From Podarcis erhardii (Eukaryota): a stretch of 64,000 nt of DNA. A model generated the notes under the pieces. That model was not told the DNA's origin, did no database searches, and saw only the letters and a list, made by a program, of their open reading frames with translations. Both the position numbers and the translations under genes were made by a program. The stretch lies in the NCBI GenBank assembly GCA_964252035.1, contig OZ176203.1; one strand, written 5' to 3'. Of this stretch, positions 35,192-46,843 are shown in pieces (the first letter of the stretch is position 1; the number at the start of each line of letters is the position of its first letter).

Positions 35192-35627
35192 CAGTGGTGC
35201 CTCGCAAGACGAAATTAATTCGTTCCGCAAGTTTTTTCTTCTTGCGAGTTTTTCGTCTTGCAAAGCACGGTTTCCCATAGGAATGCATTGAAAATCAATC
35301 AATGCGTTCCTCTGGAGACCATCCGGGGACAGAGGGGAAGCGCCGCGCGCCTTCCCCTCTGTCCCCGGACCTGTTTTAAAGCAAGGGAAGGGGCAGCGGG
35401 GAGAATCGCTTCTCCCCGTTGCCGCCCCTTGGTTCAAAAGGGGTCCGGGGACAGCGGGGAAGACGTGCTGCGCTTCCCCACTATCCCCGGACCTTGCGGG
35501 GCAAGCTTCATTTTGCGAAGCAAGCCCATAGGGAGATGCGTCTTGTGAAGCGGCTAAGAAAACGAAAAACTCCTTCGTCTAGCGAGTTTTTCGTCTGCCG
35601 AGGCGTTCGTCTTGCGGGGCACCACTG
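35192..35627. mobile_element. Tigger/pogo-like MITE, family A termini with a hairpin-rich interior
   Basis: Family A TIRs and subterminal motifs; TA at 35190-91 and 35628-29; inserted in a minus-strand CR1 3' end. Confidence 0.88.
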
Positions 35628-36499
35628 TATGTGAAGACGTCCCTTTCTTTTATCTGTCCCGAATCTTCCAACATTCAGCTTCGTGAGATGTCCCCAAGTT
35701 CTAGAGCAATTCTGTGGTGCTATGTAAATCATGGTTGCTGTTATGGAAAGATTCCCTGAGATCTGTGACTTGTTGCACCTCGGCTTCAGAATGTAAAAGA
35801 GCCAGCACAAGGGTGTGGGCCCAGAAGAGGAGACCTCGGCCCTTTTGGAGGCGGCTTGAGGGTGCCCAGCACCCCAGGTGTCCCGCCCTTCTGAGCTCAG
35901 TTGTATAAATATTCCGGGAAGTGGCTTTCACCTGTCAGGCCCAGATGAGACAGGTGACACTTTGTCGTCGGCAGAGGTGATTAGAACCATGAGCTGTTGG
36001 CAGAGAGAGCTGGATTTATTGCGGCTGGCGCAGAGCTGCTGCTATCTCCGTTTTTAAAAAGCTACCTGTGAAGTATCTGTGCCGCCCCATATCAGAAGCA
36101 CGTTTATTTTACTGGAAAAAGGGTGATCATGTTAATTCAATCACGGTGAGGCTCAGGAGGACAGGAGTCTCTTTCTATTACTTTAACTAGCCATGTAGAG
36201 CAATAAGGATGTCAGGGCTTGTCAGAGATGATGGCTGATGACACGGCGTCATCCCTTGTACGGCTGTGAAGGCGGCTTCCTCCTGGCAAAGGCTGGACTG
36301 GCTGTTTTGGGGCTTGAAGTCAGTCCTGCTGACGGTAGGTGACATTTCATGCACTCATACACTTCCAAAGTCCTACTGTGACTTCCAGAGAAGAAACCTT
36401 GCAGCCAGTTTATTCCTTGTAGCTGATGAATATAGTTGCTGCTTTGGATATCTCTCTCGCATAGCAATTTTTTTATTTCTCTGCTTTGGATATCTCACT

Positions 36500-36705
36500 A
36501 GTACTGCAATGAAAATGATGGCGAGGGGCTACTCGGGTCGATGGAATAAAGCAACATTAGTGTGGAGACCCTACGGCTTTAAAGGACCAAGGGGGCAACC
36601 ACTTATGTGGTGGGTGGACGATCTAAAACTAACAGCTGGTCTTATGTGGGTACAGACCAGAAAGCAATTGAGGGAACTTGGAAGAGATGTATATCCCCTG
36701 TAAAG
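36500..36705 (+). mobile_element. Degraded RTE-clade LINE ORF C-terminus (non-BovB)
   Basis: Translation GRWNKATLVWRPYGFKGPRGQPLMWWVDDLK resembles the RTE motif RW....WRP...KRPRGRP..RW.DD. Confidence 0.6.
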
Positions 36706-37035
36706 AGAGAGGAAAGGGAGCAATTTTATCATGGAAGGGAAGTGCAACACAGTTCTTTCTAGAATCACAGAGATGGGGTGCTGCAGGCAGCCATCTCGTC
36801 CCACCCCTGACTGCTGCAAGTGGGAGGTTGCTCACCCCACAGAGCTCCACAGATGCAGGGGCACTGCTTTGAGTCAACAGGGGCTGTTGTGCATAGAGCC
36901 ATAAGTCCAGACGATGCAAACAGGGTGAAACAAAGTGACATTCTGCAGGGATCAGCAATCATATGAGAGCTGGTCTGACCCGGAAGACACTTCCTTCTTT
37001 ACCCCAGTATTTGACAGTGTTTAAGGCAGTGGGTG

Positions 37036-37383
37036 CTGGAGGAGACTCTTGAGAGTCCCATGGACTGCAAGTAGATCAAAGCGATCCATTCTGAAGGAAA
37101 TCAGCCCTGAGTGCTCACTGGAAGGACAGATCCTGAAGCTGAGGCTCCAGTACTTTGGCCACCTCATGAGAAGAGAAGACTCCCTGGAAAAGACCCTGAT
37201 GTTGGGAAAGATGGAGGGCACAAGGAGAAGGGGACGACGGAGGATGAGATGGTGGGACAGTGTTCTCAAAGCTCCCAGCATGAGTTTGACCAAACTGCGG
37301 GAGGCAGTGGAAGACAGGAGTGCCTGGCGTGCTCTGGTCCAGGGGGTCACGAAGAGTTGGACACTGCTAAACGACTAAACAAC
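37036..37383 (+). mobile_element. BovB (RTE) LINE 3' fragment
   Basis: ORF ...LKLRLQYFGHLMRREDSLEKTLMLGKMEGTRRRGRRRMRWWDSV...AWRALVQGVTKSWTLLND* and an (AAC)n tail; 13-bp TSD AAGGCAGTGGGTG / AAGGCAATGGGTG. Confidence 0.92.
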
Positions 37384-40300
37384 AAGGCAATGGGTGTATA
37401 CAAAGCCCCTCCCATCAAACCATGCCACATTTTTGCTATGGAGCAGGACCCCATGCCAAGTGGCACACGGCATCCTCCTCTTCATCCCTCTTGATGACTT
37501 TAAAAGGGGATTAGACAAATTCATATTGCTGGCTGCTATCCATGATGTCTCCACAATTGGAGGCAATGATGTATTCAAATACCAGTTGCTGGAAACCACG
37601 GGAAAGGAGAGAAGAGGATGCTGGACTGGGTGGTCCAGAAGGCTCTGCTTATGGAAGGAGGGAAGGAGCCAGACTCTGAGAGCTGCCCGTTGCTGTATTT
37701 TTTATGTAAACAAGAGTACCTTATTGTGAAATTTGTTGTCATTATATTAATTATTAACAGTTGCAATGCCTTTCTGCACTACGGCAGCCAACAGCAAAAT
37801 TATCAAGTACAAAATCAATACAAATACGACAAGCAACGAAGGCCAGGAGGAATTAGAACAGCAGGTTGCAAATGGAAGCAACTATAAACAAAAATGCCAC
37901 TTTAACAAGCGGCTGCCAACAAACCTAAGAACCAGACTCCCTTTTCGAACATGCCCCCCCCCAACCCTCCGCCACAATGCGCAGAGATGGGTTTTGAAAG
38001 GGATCAGACAGAAACCCAAGGAGGATCGGATCTAGCCATGGGTGGGTCTGTGGGGCTTCCATGTTCAGAGGCAGTATACCTGTGAGTAGCAGGCAAACCA
38101 ACTTGGCAGGGGGTGCTGAGGAGTCTGGCCTTTGTGGTGGCCTGTTTCCCAGATGCTTCCGGCTGGCCACTGCCTGGGACCGAGGCTGCTGGACCTGCTG
38201 GACCTTTGGGCTGACACCTTCTCTCGCATTTATATGCTGCCTCCTAAGACAGATTGGCACTCCTCCTGCCGCCCCTCCCAACTTTGTATAGGGGATTTGA
38301 CAAAGTAGCATCCCAGCTGCAACCCCCCCTGCCCCCCCAGTCAGTCTCTCTCTCTTTTGCACATTTTCCTCAAACCCCCCCCCCCTTGCCCTGCAGTTAT
38401 TAACAAGCCAAAGCCATCCGGCAGAGCCGCATACATCCATAATCTCTTCCCTCAGCCCTCCGTATTGACAGTTATCTGGAATCTGAAGGAATTCAAGACA
38501 AATGATTAAGAGGATGGAGTTAATAAAATTTGAAAAATTGAGACCTGTCAGTCCGCTAAACTTTTTTCAATACCACCGACAGGAACATATTTCCCCAATG
38601 AGTGACCTTCTGCAGCTGCTTGGGTCCTGCGCTGCTGGGGTGGCGTTGGGAGCGAGCCGGCCTGCTATTTATCAAATATTATAAGCCGGGGCCTACTAAT
38701 AATATGAGCTGAGCTGGGGAGGGCAAAAGCAGGCAGGCAGGCAGGAGCAGCCTGGGGCGTTGCCCAGGTGTTGGCTCTCTGCCAGAGACAGCGAGTGGGA
38801 GGTGACAAATTGCATCCCATAACGGCTCAGGGAGGTTGGTGCCCTCTCAGCAGGCGTGTGCCCTGTGGTGGCATGGAGCGCAGTCCCTGCTCCTTGGGGC
38901 CAGCTGCCCCGACTCTGCAGAGGGGCCGAGGTCAGGCCAGGGCTCTGGGGGGAAAGCCAGTGGCCACCCTCTGCGAGGACAGCAATGATGGGTTAGCAAG
39001 TGTCTTGACACCCCAGTTATTTATTGAAGCATAATATTTTATTGCCGCCGGTACCGGAGGTGGCCATCGACCGCTTGTGTGAGCTTGGTTCTATCAATTA
39101 TTGCAGCAATTAGTCAAGTCGTCAAAGCCATTAACAGGGGGATTAGGCCAATATTGGTTAGCCATTATTAATAGATCAACGGGAGGAAATTTAGGGTCTT
39201 CCATGAGGAAGGCAGAGCTGGCCTGGAGGATGCTTCTTTGGAGGGGCCCGAGGAAACTTCCTCCTCCTCTTCCAGAAGAGCACAAAACTGTTGTGTAAGA
39301 GAAAGAATTGTGCGTTAGATGTGGGTCACTGTCTCTTTAAAAGATATTGAGTGCCCAGGGCAGGCCGTATATAATCTCACCTGTTCTGATCATACTTTTT
39401 ATTGGGCGCGACAAGGCTCACAACAGAAATTACTCTGCGTTGGATGTTTATGGAGCACATTTTTCATTCTGCAAGCAAATATAGATCCCTTTATGCCAGA
39501 TGTTGGAAATAGCTAATCTCCCTCTCCAGGGTTCGTAGCAGCAGATCAGCCAGTGCCAACAACGCCGTGACAAGGCGACAAGCAGAACGCTGTTCCCGTG
39601 GTTTGGAAATTGCACTGCAGGCACCAGGGTTCTACCGCGGAGCTGCCTGTTGCTGCTCTGAAAGCCCATTTGTGTGATGTGCGCATAGGCAGCTGCCTTA
39701 AAGCACCTCAGAACCTTAGTCCACTGAGGCTGGCATGGTCTTTTCAGACTGGAGGTCTCTAGCTGAGAGAAGCCCCTCTGCCATTTCTCTTGCTCAAGAT
39801 CCTTTTAGCTAGAGGTTGAACTTCTAACTGCTTGATTCTGAACCTGGGACTTGGTGAGCAGAGCAATCTCCCTTCCGCTGAGTACAATTTCCACTCACTC
39901 CGGGGTCTTAGTGGACTCTGTCTCTAAGGAAGAGTTATTTCCCCTTCCCTGCAACCAGTAACATGCTCTCTTACACAAACAATTGTTATCCGAGGCCCTT
40001 CTTCACGTTCCCCTTCCATGGGAGGTCCAGAAGGTGGAGACAAAAGAGCGTGCCTTTTCGGTGGTGGCTCCCTGCTTCTGCTGTCTCTGGGGCAGCTCGC
40101 CTGCCTGGCAGCAGGCAAAAACATTTCATTTTAACCAGGCCTTTGGCTTTTTACTATAGTCTTTTAGAGTGATCTTTTTCTTTGTAAGTTGCTTTGAGTT
40201 ACTGTGGCAAAAAAGCAATTAATAAATAACAGTAATACTGAGGCTCTTTAAAGGAAAAGCGATCCACCCACAACGAGCCACAAATGAAAAGGTACAGAGG

Positions 40301-40777
40301 TGAGATTGCACGAGGGCCCTGAACGGAGAGAGCAAAGAGTGGCTAAGGGGCACAGTCCCTTTCACCCCTCCTCCTCCTGCCATCTTTTGTTGTTATGTTG
40401 GATATTAGCAGCCCACAGCAGGGCAGTGTCCCACAGTGGAGGCCATGAAGTAAGAGCACCACGCCGAATTGCGGCCACTCCAGCAGGACTGTTGGAGTTC
40501 TGTCAGCCCTTGCCAGGAGAGTGGACAGCTTGCTTCTCCAATGGGGTGTTACGTTTGCCCCTGAGTTCTGCAGCTTCCTTTTGCCTAGGCCTCTTGTTCC
40601 TGGTGACACATCCCTTTTGCTGTGTCCTTTGACATCCGTACGTGTCACCGCTGGTGGCACATTGTCCCTTTTCTGATCAGAGCAAAGGTTAAAGAGGACC
40701 CCGGATAGCTCAGAGGCTGTAAGCTGCCCGTCATCTGACTCCATCGCACATGTTGAGCTCTGTCTTTTCCCTTCCAG

Positions 40778-40875
40778 GTGCCAACCCCCTGCAGAGAAAT
40801 GAAATGGGGCACACGGCCGTGGATTACGCACGGGAGGGGGAGGTCATGAAGCTCTTGAAAGCGTCCGCAACAAAG
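40778..40875 (+). CDS. CLPB: CLPB coding exon 6 (last ankyrin repeat)
   Basis: Acceptor cttccAG; 98 nt encoding (G)[32 protein letters not shown]. Donor GTGAGG. Phase 1 to 0. Confidence 0.97.
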
Positions 40876-42083
40876 GTGAGGATTCAAAGACTTGGCTCTC
40901 ATGGGTTTCTCCCTCCCTCCTTCCCTTTCAGTGCCAAAATCCAGGGGTGGCATAGAAACTGTCCCAGGGTCTTGGCCTCAGAGAGAATGTTGTGAATTCG
41001 CTCTGTGCTCAGCCGGGGATCAAATCATATTCAGGGAATGGTTTCTGCTGTTAATAAATCCCACCAAAGCATTTCAGGTCACCTCCAATGTATGCCTGCC
41101 TTCCTGTTCCACCTTTCAGAGAGGTGGGCAGCAAATAAAGGGGTCCGTTGCCCTGCTGTGCCAATTTTCTGAAATTTGGGGGGTGGGTTCAGGGGCAACT
41201 CAAGTAGATGCTGGGCCCGCGCATGCAATTTGAATGCATCCATGGCTCATGGGACAAAGGTTCTGGGGTCTCACCGGGCTTCTTTGGACGCCGACAGCTC
41301 CCCTGTTGCTTCTGCAAGAGGCTGGATGTGAATGGGAAGGGTGGCAAACAACCATGCTTGGTGCCACCTTGCTGGCCGTGCGTCCTGTTGTGCTGCCCTC
41401 AGCAGAGAGATGGGGTAGAAAATAACTAAACTTCATTATGCCAGCACTCTTCCTGTTGGCAAGTGCTACGGGTGAAGAGGGGAATAAACATAAGAATAGC
41501 CTGCTGGATCAGGCCCGTGGCCCCTTCTAGCCCATACCACAGCCAGATGCCTGTGGGAAACCCACAAGCAGGATTTGGACACGAGAGCAACTCTCGCCTC
41601 CTGTGATTCTAGCAACTGGGATTCAGAAGAATCTCGGCCTCCAACTGCAGAGACAGAACATAGCCATCCGTCATGGCTGGTAGCCATCGAGAGCCCTCCT
41701 CCATGACTTTGTCTAGTGGTCTAGCTTGGTGGCCATCACTGCCTCCTGCAGCAGAGAGTCCCACAGTTTAAGTGCAACATGAAGAAGGACTTCCTTCTAT
41801 CTGAATCTTCCAACAAGAGGAGGGCCTTTGTGCCATTGCATAAAGGAATGACACTTGTCTCCATGCATCTCAGGGGGCTTCATAAGGATGAGGAATTGGA
41901 TGGGTCACAGCAGTCCTGAGCCTGGTCTTCCGCAGCCCTCTGGAAAATGGGCCCCCAGACAGTAGCTTCCCTTTTATTCCCTCCTCTTCTTCCTGGCCTC
42001 ACCCTGCTACCGAGAGTCAGGCCCCTCTGTCGCTGTGCCCCATTCCCAGCCCAAATGTGTATGGGCAGGCTCTTGCTGTCACC

Positions 42084-42371
42084 TCCTTCTTCTTGGGTGA
42101 TCCCTCGTAGCCGAGTAAGATTGTCTTCCATAAACACAAGTTTTAACCATAGTTCCAAAGAATCTGAAGAAGTGTGCATGCACACGAAAGCTCATACCTA
42201 GAACTAACTCAGTTGGTCTTTAAGGTGCTACTGGAAGGAATTTTTTTAACAAGTTTTAACCGTGAGTCCATAAGTGACTGTGGAGGCCAATTCTGGATCC
42301 GCACGTCCTTCCACAGTGCGGACATAGGTTTCTGGGCGGTAGTTGATCACAGTGAGGGTTTGCCAAACGTG
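42084..42371 (-). mobile_element. RTE-clade LINE 3' end with a C2H2 zinc finger and an 11-bp TSD, interrupted by a Penelope-like insert
   Basis: Minus strand reads NLCPHCGRTCGSRIGLHSHLWTHG*; direct repeat TTGCTGTCACC at 42073-42083 and 42372-42382. Confidence 0.8.
42149..42248 (+). mobile_element. Penelope-like element terminal fragment with a 13-bp TSD
   Basis: CTGAAGAAGTGTGCATGCACACGAAAGCTCATACC...GTTGGTCTTTAAGGTGCTACTGG resembles a squamate Penelope tail (recalled); ACAAGTTTTAACC at 42136-42148 and 42249-42261. Confidence 0.65.
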
Positions 42372-43920
42372 TTGCTGTCACCACAACCATAGGGGCTCTT
42401 TCGCTTCCAGCAACGGTCACTCACTCCGATGTTAATATGCTTTTGCACTGCACAAGGTGGCAGCTTCCAGGGCTAGGGAAGAGGAGCTTGTCCATGCGAG
42501 TTCTGCCAAGCGTGTGGCAACCCACCCCCTTGCAAGAGATGGATGCTGTTGGGAATGAGCTGTTGCTGGAGGGAAGCCGTTTGAAATTTTTATAAAGGAA
42601 ATGTCAGGAGTTGCATGCTTAAATCTCAGCAAGGAGAAGGGAGAGAGAGAGTATCATGCTAACTTGAATGGGTCTCTGGAGCCTTCCTCCATGAAGCAGA
42701 GCTGCCCTTTAACTAACTTTTTCTCCACAAAGCCTTTGGATGATGAGGGGGAGACACACAGATCTGCGCAGAGATGGGTCTTGCTGAAGGAGGCGGCAGC
42801 GGGTGCATAAAAATCTCGTGCTCTTTGGGGCTGCTTGGTGATGAATGTGCAGCTGAGGGGGATGTGGTGGCAGAGGGGTTGCCAGTCCTGCTTTCCAGCC
42901 CCGCCGAGAGTCTTTGAGAATTTATTGCTCATTTTGATCACTGCTGCGGAATGAATTGGTGGCACTATTAACGGGACAGACACATCCCATCGATTTTATT
43001 TACATATGCTGGTGACAAGAGCAACAAGGAGTCTTCATATGTGAAATCAATTGTTTTTAGGAAAACGTCTCCTGATCCAAATGGCCTGCTTCTCATGAAT
43101 CAGAGCCACCAGGTCAAGGCTGGAGTGGGTCAGCTAGCTGTTAGATTGGCTGTTGGGCCTTCCTCCACCCTCTCTCCCAGTTTCCACCACCAACTGGAAG
43201 CCGTTAGCAAGCCTGTCATGGGTGCTCAGTGGGCGCACCCCACTGGCGCACTCCCCATTGCAAAAGTAGGTTCCCAAATACTTTTGTGAAAAGGTTTCCC
43301 TCCTAATCACCAAAGCCTCTTCTCTCTGCAAATCTTCCCGTAATTGGAGCTGTGACTCGGAGGGGTGCCAGCGTCTTTAATGAGCAATAAAAGGAAAAGA
43401 ACACGATTACCTGGCTCTAAGAAGGATCCCACTGTTGACGTCTCAAGGTGAAGCCTCCTGGCAGAACTCATGGAGCATATTTCCAGTTGTAATACTTGGC
43501 CTGGAACTCTGGTAAACTCAGGAGTTTGATGGGACAGGTTGGTCCCACTTGTCGCACAGTGCAAGGAAGCTGTCTTATATCTGCTTCCTTGGAAGGTTCA
43601 GGGTGGAGAAAAGAACTTCACACAGCGCACAATTAGACTATGGAACTCACTCCCACTGGGGGCAGTGATGGCCACCAACTTGGATGCCTTTAAAAGAGGC
43701 TTAGACAGAATCATGGAGGAGGAGGAGAGGGCAACCTGTGGCTATTACCCATACTGGCTATTCTCTGCCTCTACAGCTGGAGGTAGCTTCTGAATGCTCG
43801 GATCCTGCTTGCAGGGGGCATTTGGTTGGCCGCTGTGAGCAGCTGGCTGCTGCTCTAAATTTGTGGCTGCTTTGCAGTGGGCCTGTGTTATTGTTCGAAT
43901 GTGTGTGTGTAAAATATGTA

Positions 43921-44277
43921 CAGTGGTGCCCCGCAAGACGAACGCCTCGCAAGACGGAAAACCCACTAGACGAAAGGGTTTTCCGTTTTGGAGGCGCTTC
44001 GCAAAACAAATTTCCCTATGGGCTTGCTTTGCAAGACAAAAATGTCTTGTGAGTTCCTGCGGGTTTTCCCCCCCCTTTCCCCCCTTTTCCTAAGCCGCTA
44101 AGCCGCTTATCAGCTGATCCGCTGATAAGCCGCTTATCAGCTGATCCGCTAAAAGCCGCTAAACCGCTAATAGCGCTAATCCGCTAAGCTGTCAATGGGC
44201 TTGCTTCACAAGACGAAAAAACCGCTAGACGAAGAGCCTCACGGAACGGATTAATTTCGTCTTGCGAGGCACCACTG
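43921..44277. mobile_element. Tigger/pogo-like MITE family A, inverted orientation
   Basis: TIRs with TA at 43919-20 and 44278-79; nearly identical to 21829-22174. Empty site reads ATG-TA-CAT. Confidence 0.92.
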
Positions 44278-45680
44278 TACATGCATATAATATTTTTTAC
44301 TTCAGACATTTTTACACCATATAGCTACATCTCTTTCTTACGGTACATGAAACACGTACATGAAACAAGCACGTACATGAAACAAGCCACATAAAATGAA
44401 ACAATAAAACAATACAATTATTTATCATAATATTGAACCCCTCCTTAAAATGCTTGCTGGAACAAGAACATCTTCGTCTTGCTGGAGTTCAGCAAAGAAG
44501 GTGCATTAGCGGAGTTTGTAACCTGAAGTGTTTGTAACCTGAGGCGTTTGTAACTCAAGGTACCACTATAATAGCCCATGCCTATGCAAATTTACCTACA
44601 GGTAAGGCACACAGGAGCTTACACCCAGGTAAATGTGCATAGGATTGCAGCCAAAGTTGGGTGTTCTGGCTGCAACCGCAATGTCACATAGCAGTGAGTT
44701 CCACAGGTTGTTTGCGCATTTTGCAGAGACGCTCACCCTGGCTAGACTGTTGGTTTCAGCATCTAACTCTTGAGTCTCTGCATTTTGAGAAGAGTCCTGT
44801 TTCTAGAGGATGTAAATTAAACACAGACAAAAAAGAATCTCACTTCAGCAGGCAGATGGAAAAGAAAGGCAGTTTCCTTGCTGAGGCAACCCTATCTGGG
44901 GTTTTGCCCACTCTTGAGCTTTTGTGTAGCTCTCTCTCCCTTCCCCCTGCCTTTCCTCCGGCCCGTCAGTCACATCCGATAACATATATATTATGGCAGA
45001 GCTGCTCTTATGCATTATTTTCTTTTCAAAATGTAAAGAAAGAAAAGGCAGGAGGAAAAAAAATTGGCCTATATATTTGGAAAGACATAGATGTATAGAT
45101 GGGGCCGGAGTAGTTTGAGGCTGGTGATATATATGGAGCCTGAGGGAGCGACACCATTGGCGCTCTGGATTCAATCCAGCAAGTGCCGTCCCACTGGGAT
45201 CCGCAAGGAAGTTATTGCTCCATTTTGAAGCATCAGGACTGATGGGGTGTCTCGGTTACAGGGTAGACAGATAACAGCAGCCAAAATTGGATTGGTTGCT
45301 ATTTATTTTTTTTAACTTCTGTCAAGGTCACTACCGTAACAGGAAAACACCAGAAAAGCTGGCCAGCGGATTGCGCTGCGGGTTTCTCAAGCGGCGGCTT
45401 CTGCTGCTGCTTTTGCGACAAGAGCCGGTGTGGACTGTGCTGCTGAGTAGGGGGATCAGACCACGGAGGGTGGTCCAGCTGGTCCAGCGTTCTCTCCCCA
45501 CCCACCCACAATGGCCAGCGTGACAGTGACAGCCCTCTGCTGTTGCTTCTCCTCAGCACCTTTTCTTAGAATCCAAGAATCGTTGAGTTGGAAGGGACCC
45601 CAAGGGCCATCTAGTCCAACCCCCTGCAATGCAGGAATCGCGGCAGATTCTTCCAATGGCCCTCGAGGTTTTCAGACCTA

Positions 45681-46271
45681 CACCCTTGTGCAAATTAATT
45701 GAAACAAAGCCTGTTTTCTATCTTACTCGTAATCCTGTAATCAAAGCAAACACGAAAAGTCATTATGGTGTCGGACGCCTGCAGCCAATAGAAGGAATGA
45801 TGCGTTCGCCACAATATATTGAGGTTTTACGAAAGAGAGTTATTCCAGAGCTGGAAAAGAGGTATCCTGACAGTACTGGGATATTGCAGCAGGACCTAGC
45901 CCTCTGTCACACATCGAAAGTGGTGAAGGAATTCAGGACAGAGCAGCAAACACAGGTATTTGATTGACCAGGGAATTCCCTGGACGTAAATCCCATTGAG
46001 AATTTGTGGGCTATATGCAAAAGTGCCTTCCGTGCTGTAGACTGTACGACTATGGAGAAGCTTATTCAGGTGCTAGTTCAAGTGTGGTACAGGGATCCGA
46101 AAATCAACAGTGACTGTTTGAAACTATTAAACTCCATGCCAAACCGTGTTCAAATGCTGCTTAAAAATAGCAGAGGTCATATCTGTTACTACACATGTGT
46201 GTACAAAGTACACATATGTGACTTTTGTACATTAACTACATTGTTTGTTTCAGTTAATTTGCACAGGGGTG
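45681..46271 (+). mobile_element. Internally deleted Tc1-family (DD34E) DNA transposon with a transposase C-terminal remnant
   Basis: 28-bp TIRs CACCCTTGTGCAAATTAATTGAAACAAA / TTTGTTTCAGTTAATTTGCACAGGGGTG (2 mismatches) with TA flanks. Reads QQD(45893)LALCHTS...D*PGNSLDVNPIE(45998)NLW, 34 residues between D and E; a TGA replaces the conserved W. Confidence 0.92.
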
Positions 46272-46505
46272 TAGGGCCCATCTTTAATTGAAACATGCAC
46301 TTGGGGACCCACTTCTTTATTTCATTTTTAACCACATACTTGTATCTTGCATCAGTCGCCTCTCACCCTCCAGCTGAAGGCAAATGCTTTATTTTGAGAA
46401 ATACCACTTCATTTCCCATGCATCTGAAGCTGAGGAGCCTTCCCTTCCCCCTTCCATAAATCTCAAGAGACACTGTTGGAGAGAGAGCGTGGCCACCCAG
46501 TTTGG

Positions 46506-46843
46506 GTAAAGGTAAAGGGACCCCTGACCGTTAGGTCAAGTCATGGCCGACTCTGGGGTTGCGGTGCTCATCTCGTTTTATTGGCCGAGGGAGCCGGCAT
46601 ACAGCTTCCGGGTCATGTGGTCAGCATGACTAAGCCGCTTCTGGCGAACCAGAGCAGCGCACGGAAACACCATTTACCTTCCCGCCAGAGCGGTACCTAT
46701 TTATCTACTTGCACTTTGACATGCTTTTGAACTGTTAGGTGGGCAGGAGCTGGTACCGAGCAATGGGAGCTCACCCCGTTGCAGGGATTCGAACCGCTGA
46801 CCTTCTGATCGGCAAGCCCTAGGCTCTGTAGTTTAACCCACAT
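46506..46843 (-). mobile_element. Sauria SINE
   Basis: Reverse-complement match to the two + copies; tail TAAAGGTAAAGG at the left end. Confidence 0.88.

Noticed and set aside
45681-46271. Functional or domesticated transposase
   Set aside because: The N-terminal half is deleted, there is no start context, and an in-frame TGA lies at 45965-45967.
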